From assembly GCA_045105515.1 (NCBI GenBank), contig JBGCDR010000133.1, forward strand, positions 1 to 12,112: 12,112 nt of DNA, given 5' to 3'. Under the pieces are notes generated by a model. It worked only from the letters and a program-made list of their open reading frames with translations, did no database searches and was not told the DNA's origin. Position numbers and translations under genes: made by a program. The DNA is from Oligoflexales bacterium (GTDB lineage: Bacteria; Bdellovibrionota_B; Oligoflexia; Oligoflexales; Bog-1112). The stretch's first letter is position 1. Each line of letters begins with the position of its first letter. Positions 7,484 through 12,112 of the stretch are shown piece by piece.

Positions 7484-10400
7484 ACAATTACATATTAAAA
7501 ACTTTGGGCACTTTCGTAATTATTCGCTCCCACTTGGACAAAATAAGCTCACCATCATTTATGGGGAAAATGAAGCTGGTAAATCGACCTTAACCCATTT
7601 TTTTAAGCATCTTATGTTGGGTATGCCCGGGGAAAATAAGTACCAGTACTATCTTTCAGGAAGTCAAAAAGGGGGCTACGGTGAAGGTAAACTGGATAGC
7701 GGTATTGCTTTTAAGCTAGCAAGTTACAAACGCAAACAAAGGGCAAGACCGATCATAACTGCACTAAACCCTAATGATCAAATTTCAGCAGAAGAGCGCT
7801 TCAATTCCCTTATCAAAACCATTGGAGACCAAGTTTATAAAAACCTTTTCGCCTGTACTACCGAAGACTTCCACAATACTAGCAAATTTTTAAAAGAAAA
7901 AGATTTCAAGGAATTTCTCAGCCAATTCTTGATTGGAGGACAAAATCCTAAAGTCCTAATCAAATCTCTAAATTCCCAAGCGGAAGAGTATTTTAATACT
8001 GTAAAAGGTAAAAAAAAGCTCAAGAAGATTAATGAAAATATCGGAAATCTTAAAGTAAAAGTATCTGCAAAAGAACTAAAATCTTCTGATTACTACGAAA
8101 AGAAAGAAGCTTTTGAAACAGCCAAGCAAAAATGTCAGACCATTAGTAAAAGCATAGATTTAAAAAAACAAAGGGTTAATTTATTAAAATTATGCACTGA
8201 ATGGCTCATAGAACATCAGCGTCATGAGGCTGCCCAAATAAAAATTGCAAGCTTTGCACCACCGAGTAATTTTCCACCAGCTGGCTTAAGCCGCATGCAG
8301 GAGCAGCTTGAGTCTCTGAAGAAAAAAGAGGAACTATTAGGAAACCTTGAAGCTGAGCTGCATGATTTACGAGCTCAAAGTAAAAATCTAACCTGCAAAC
8401 GCGAGCTTATAGCTCAGGCGGACCAGGTAAAATACCTTGAAATTAATTCAAACGAGGCCATTCGCCTAATTAAAAAGAATCCAGAACTCAAAGCAAGGTC
8501 TGAAGAAATAGGCATTGAACTTCAGCAGCATCTAAACGAACTAGGTTCTGACTGGAATCAAGCGGACTTAAATCGCTTACAGATTTCAGCAGTCGAAAGA
8601 AACAAACTTGACAGTTTAGCAAAAATATCTGAAGAGCTCGCTAAAAAGACTTCAGCTATTGAAAGCTCTTTAACAAACCTTATACAAAAACAAAAAAATC
8701 TTGCAGTGCAAAAATCAGCTTTTAGCACCGATATGATTTCCCAACAAGAACTGCAAACCCAAGAAGATATTTTCAATAATCAGATACTGAGTTTAATCCC
8801 TAAGCAAGAAGACCTTGCAACTCTTTATAAACTGACCCTTAGTTCATGTGAATCCCAATTTAAGGAGCTAGCATACGAGGCAACAGAGTTCACATCTCTT
8901 GATGCTCTTGTTGCCTCTAAAATTCCTGATATTTCACAGATTGAAGAGTTTGCAAGTAAACTTAAAAATATAGGGGAAAGACAAGGGGTTCTTAGAGCCA
9001 ATTTAATCGAAATCGCCGAAAAAAAAGCTCGCATTCAACGAACTATCAACATAAAACGTTCCGAAGTTGGAATTATGGATTTAAAGCTCCCAGAGTTGAG
9101 AGAAACCCGAGAACTAAGATGGAAAAATATAAAGAAAAAAATTTCCTGCCTAGAACAAGGTACCTCTGATATATCCCAATCGCATCCCAATTTAGCAATT
9201 GATTTTGAAGAAGTTATCAATAAAATAGATTTTTTAACTGACAAGATCATGGAAAATCACGAGTTAGTGGCCATGGAAAGAGAGCTTGTTGAACTTATTG
9301 CTGTGACTGCTGAAAAAAATTCCAGACTTTACGATCTCTCCATCGATGAGAAGCAATTATTAGAAAACTGGCATAAATTGTGGGAAGATCTTCCGCTAAC
9401 TCCCATGCTTCCGCATCTGATGCTCGATTGGCGTAAATCCCTAAGCAAGCTTAGAGCAGATCATTCCAAACTCCTGTCAACTAGAGAGCAAAGTGATGAA
9501 ATTACAAATCACCTACAGGCATGGGTGAAAGAAGTCCAGAAATACCTGAAACCAAAAGTTGATAAGTTATCTATCAAAGAGAGATTTCGAGCTTTTTTGG
9601 CTGAACAAAACCGAATGCATACAGTTCTTGAAAAGCTTGAACAGGAGAATCTTGAAATTACAGCTCTTGTCAGCAGCTATCATGCAGAATTATCATTACT
9701 GCAAAAAAAAGAGCAAAAAATTGACAACGAATGGACAAACCTTTGCATCAATTTTTTTCCGAATAAAAATCCAATTCAGGTGAACGAATGGTCAACTTTT
9801 ATTTCTACCTTTGAGCAGTCCACAAGTACTTTAGACGAACTGAAGCGTCTGCATAAAAAAATCAAGGCTAATGACGCTGAAATTATTTCATTTACTCGCA
9901 TATTAAGGGATCTTTGCCAGATATTTAATCTTACTTTCCATGAAAATTCGGTACAAATTAGCTTGGACCATATATTTACAGTATTTGAAGAAAATGCGGC
10001 TACAAATAAGAAAATAGAATCTCTTAAGCTTAGGCAAAAGCATATTGAAGAGAACATTCTGCAACAGAGTACCGATGCCGCTTATCTTAAAACCCAAATT
10101 ACAAGCTTGCTGAAAGATGCTCAGTGCAAAAATCAGCAAGAATTTTTAAAAGCAGGGAAGGCCTATCAAGATGCAGTTCCCTACCTTGAACTAATTCAAA
10201 ATTCTTCTAGTAATCTCCTCGCACTTGAGTCTAAGATTAAAAAAATTAATATCCACAGAGAGGAACTTTCAGAGCTACAAACTGGCTCCTTAGATTCAAT
10301 GCAGGTAGAACGTGAGTTGCACAGCGAAGAAAGTGAGTCTAAACAGCTGGAACTGGAATTAAAGGAAACTTACGAGGATTTAGCGAAAAAAAAGTTGAAA

Positions 10401-10964
10401 TTTAATAGCCTAGATGGAAGTGAGGACGTTAGTTATTATCAAAGCGAAATCACCAGCAAGGAATCAGAATTCAAAGAGGGATTTCTAGACTACCTATCGC
10501 TAAAACTTGGAGCAAAAATACTCACTAGGGTCTTGGAAAACTTTGAATCCAAAACTCATCCTGAATTTATCAAGCTTGCAAGCTCATACTTAAGCGATAT
10601 TACTTCAAACAAATACCAAGAAATAGGCGAGGATGAAGACGAGTATTATATCGAAGGGTCCCATGGGAATACACTAGCCATCAGTGAGCTATCTACAGGA
10701 ACCCTGGAACAGCTTTACCTATCCATGCGCTTAGCCGCAATGGAACAGCTAGCAAGCAAAGGAGAAACGCTGCCATTTGTGCTTGATGATATCCTTGCAA
10801 ATTCAGATTATAAACGCGCTTCCCGCGGTTTAAGAGCAATAAGCAAATTGTCTCATAAAACCCAGATTATTTATTTAACTTGTCATGCAAGGTTTATTGA
10901 AACTGTGAAATCTAGCCTCAACTATGGCAGCTATAATCTTGTACACTTAAGCAAGCTACCATAA
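7473..10964 (+). CDS. YhaN-type SMC/Rad50-like ABC ATPase with long coiled coil
   Basis: MKIEQLHIKNFGHF start, Walker A IYGENEAGKST, long coiled-coil middle, signature LSTGTLEQLYLSMRLA, Walker B/D-loop LPFVLDDILANSD, H-loop QIIYLTCH. Overlaps the upstream nuclease gene by 11 nt, suggesting translational coupling. Confidence 0.9.
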   Translation: MKIEQLHIKNFGHFRNYSLPLGQNKLTIIYGENEAGKSTLTHFFKHLMLGMPGENKYQYYLSGSQKGGYGEGKLDSGIAFKLASYKRKQRARPIITALNPNDQISAEERFNSLIKTIGDQVYKNLFACTTEDFHNTSKFLKEKDFKEFLSQFLIGGQNPKVLIKSLNSQAEEYFNTVKGKKKLKKINENIGNLKVKVSAKELKSSDYYEKKEAFETAKQKCQTISKSIDLKKQRVNLLKLCTEWLIEHQRHEAAQIKIASFAPPSNFPPAGLSRMQEQLESLKKKEELLGNLEAELHDLRAQSKNLTCKRELIAQADQVKYLEINSNEAIRLIKKNPELKARSEEIGIELQQHLNELGSDWNQADLNRLQISAVERNKLDSLAKISEELAKKTSAIESSLTNLIQKQKNLAVQKSAFSTDMISQQELQTQEDIFNNQILSLIPKQEDLATLYKLTLSSCESQFKELAYEATEFTSLDALVASKIPDISQIEEFASKLKNIGERQGVLRANLIEIAEKKARIQRTINIKRSEVGIMDLKLPELRETRELRWKNIKKKISCLEQGTSDISQSHPNLAIDFEEVINKIDFLTDKIMENHELVAMERELVELIAVTAEKNSRLYDLSIDEKQLLENWHKLWEDLPLTPMLPHLMLDWRKSLSKLRADHSKLLSTREQSDEITNHLQAWVKEVQKYLKPKVDKLSIKERFRAFLAEQNRMHTVLEKLEQENLEITALVSSYHAELSLLQKKEQKIDNEWTNLCINFFPNKNPIQVNEWSTFISTFEQSTSTLDELKRLHKKIKANDAEIISFTRILRDLCQIFNLTFHENSVQISLDHIFTVFEENAATNKKIESLKLRQKHIEENILQQSTDAAYLKTQITSLLKDAQCKNQQEFLKAGKAYQDAVPYLELIQNSSSNLLALESKIKKINIHREELSELQTGSLDSMQVERELHSEESESKQLELELKETYEDLAKKKLKFNSLDGSEDVSYYQSEITSKESEFKEGFLDYLSLKLGAKILTRVLENFESKTHPEFIKLASSYLSDITSNKYQEIGEDEDEYYIEGSHGNTLAISELSTGTLEQLYLSMRLAAMEQLASKGETLPFVLDDILANSDYKRASRGLRAISKLSHKTQIIYLTCHARFIETVKSSLNYGSYNLVHLSKLP

Positions 10965-10980
10965 GCTCTGAACAAGGTAT

Positions 10981-11460
10981 CTATTTAATATTATCAAATA
11001 GTTGCATGGTTTTTCTGATAATTATCTTACGAAAAGCAAAAACAATTCCCGCTAAAATTATTGGGAAGAATAACAATCCAAAGTCTGTTTCTCTTTCAGC
11101 CCAGCGGCTGGTTTTGTTGATATGAATATGCCCTAGAAAAGTCACATCCACATAGAGGTTCTTATCATAGGTTCGCAAAAGATATGATGCCATGAAATTA
11201 GGGAGACCAGTATTAAAATCAACTCCAAGTCCTTTAGTGTGAGAACTGTTTTTGGCCCCACCTACAGCTTGATTTACATAGAAGGATCTAAAGCCTGAAC
11301 TTATTTTAACTGTGGTGAAAAATTCCAAGAATTCAATCGGACCGCAGAGGCTTTTCATATTTTTAATATGACTATGAGTAGGATTATTAGCCAATCCCTT
11401 ATGTTTAGCTGTTGAAGAGTGTGTAAACTCTTTTATGTTGTGGTTTTCACAAATTTGCAT
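10981..11460 (-). CDS. Peptidase M15A (Zn D-Ala-D-Ala carboxypeptidase-like) with C-terminal transmembrane helix
   Basis: EFTHSSTA...NNP N-terminus, ISSGFRSFYVNQAVGGAKNSSHTKGLGVDF (Zn-ligand His and Asp) and HIHI (third ligand). C-terminal FGLLFFPIILAGIVFAF is followed by RKIIIRK. Confidence 0.85.
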   Translation of the reverse strand: MQICENHNIKEFTHSSTAKHKGLANNPTHSHIKNMKSLCGPIEFLEFFTTVKISSGFRSFYVNQAVGGAKNSSHTKGLGVDFNTGLPNFMASYLLRTYDKNLYVDVTFLGHIHINKTSRWAERETDFGLLFFPIILAGIVFAFRKIIIRKTMQLFDNIK

Positions 11461-11498
11461 AGTCTTAGTACCTTCTTATCTTCAGGCACTATAGACCA

Positions 11499-11514
11499 AG
11501 CAAAACTCAGACCA
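11499..11514 (-). promoter_or_regulatory. Putative sigma-54 (-24/-12) promoter for the M15A peptidase gene
   Basis: The minus strand reads TGGTCTGAGTTTTGCT: GG-N10-GC with a TTTGCT core, 38 nt upstream of the ATG at 11460, with a GAAGGT RBS between. Confidence 0.5.
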
Positions 11515-11758
11515 TAAATTTATTGTATATTAACAGCATATTAAATCCACTTAAGGTGTCTATATTTTATACAGTAGAATGAATTTTTTACGCGAAAAAA
11601 TTGGAGGATGATTTTCATTGTAAAATAAAAACATGGAAATACTCAGGCACCGTGTAGCAATGACATAATAAGGTTTTAATGACAGCTTAAAAGCTGCTAT
11701 TTGAGCACAGTAGCTGTTAAAAACAAGTGCTTGGCTTATTTTAAAAAAGGAATGATGA

Positions 11759-11857
11759 ATGAAAAGAGTTTTACTAGTTGATGATGACGACGATATTCTA
11801 GATTATATGAGTCAACTAATTGATCAAGACGTAGAATGCCATACCGCAAACAGTTTT
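11759..11857 (+). pseudogene. Response regulator receiver domain, N-terminal ~33 codons only
   Basis: AAGGA RBS at 11747-11751. MKRVLLVDDDDDILDYMSQLIDQDVECHTANSF is a typical CheY-like beta1-alpha1-beta2 start. Similarity stops before the phospho-acceptor Asp, where the sequence switches to the antisense of a transposase. Confidence 0.75.
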
Positions 11858-12112
11858 CCTGTTTTGGGACACGTAATTGCAATCCCATCACTGAAATCAA
11901 CAAAAGTCTTTTCACCTGGTTCATGTGGAATCCGGCATGCTGGCTTCAAGGTAGGCTTACGCCTACTTCTTAATAGAACGCAGAAGCGTTTGTAGGTAAC
12001 TGGCGGCAAATGCTCGCTATATAACTGCTTTACGGTGACTCCCGATGCGACATCTTTTAGGACTCCCTCCCAAGCAAAAGAATCGGTCCACTTGAGAGCT
12101 TTTGACTTTGGC
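11851..12112 (-). mobile_element. istA: IS21-family transposase IstA, internal N-terminal-region fragment truncated at its 3' side; continues beyond the window edge
   Basis: The frame is open from the window edge (12111): PKSKALKWTDSFAWEGVLKDVASGVTVKQLYSEHLPPVTYKRFCVLLRSRRKPTLKPACRIPHEPGEKTFVDFSDGIAITCPKTGKL. W...GVT..L..E...Y..FC and R-x-x-H-x-PGEK-x-x-VDF (first catalytic Asp) are IstA hallmarks. The frame stops at 11826-11824. Confidence 0.85.

Noticed and set aside
3346..10139. Short antisense or alternative-frame ORFs inside the zeta-like, rhodanese, nuclease and ATPase genes
   Set aside because: Shadow ORFs within long genes with clear motifs; no independent support.
6182..10964. Nuclease plus SMC ATPase as a named defence system (Wadjet, Lamassu, Gabija)
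   Set aside because: Motifs fit the YhaO/YhaN metallophosphoesterase-ATPase pair, and partner genes of those systems are absent.
11645..11660. AGGCACCGTGTAGCAA as a sigma-54 promoter
   Set aside because: GG-to-GC spacing is 9 nt rather than the required 10.
11736..11995. Track ORFs 11736..11924 (-) and 11759..11995 (+) as complete genes
   Set aside because: They span the response-regulator/IS21 junction. The first has no motif and the second is a chimera with antisense transposase sequence.
1..12112. CRISPR array, tRNA/rRNA, prophage or integron cassette array
   Set aside because: No regularly spaced repeats, cloverleaf or rRNA-like sequence, phage structural genes or recurring attC-like sites were seen by eye.

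Overview
An AT-rich bacterial chromosomal window of mostly unlinked genes. In order: a broken PGRP/Amidase_2-like fragment; a PutP-type Na+/proline symporter; a small membrane protein; a zeta-toxin/PezT-fold P-loop kinase with an apparent lipoprotein signal; an orphan family-3 solute-binding protein; an exported rhodanese; a YhaO/YhaN-type (SbcD/SbcC-like) nuclease-ATPase pair; a peptidase M15A with a C-terminal anchor; and, at the right edge, a response-regulator 5' fragment joined to an internal piece of an IS21 istA transposase. Two small genes missing from the ORF track were read by hand: a 48-aa secreted peptide with its own sigma-54-type promoter, RBS and terminator (5090..5236), and a 50-aa minus-strand ORF whose RBS lies in a hairpin (3700..3852). 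The gene content resembles Bdellovibrionota/Oligoflexia-like genomes, which is only an inference. I see no demonstrable multi-gene novel system. The best leads are the apparently exported zeta-like kinase with no evident antitoxin and the sigma-54 small-peptide unit. All family calls come from motif recognition by eye, not database searches.
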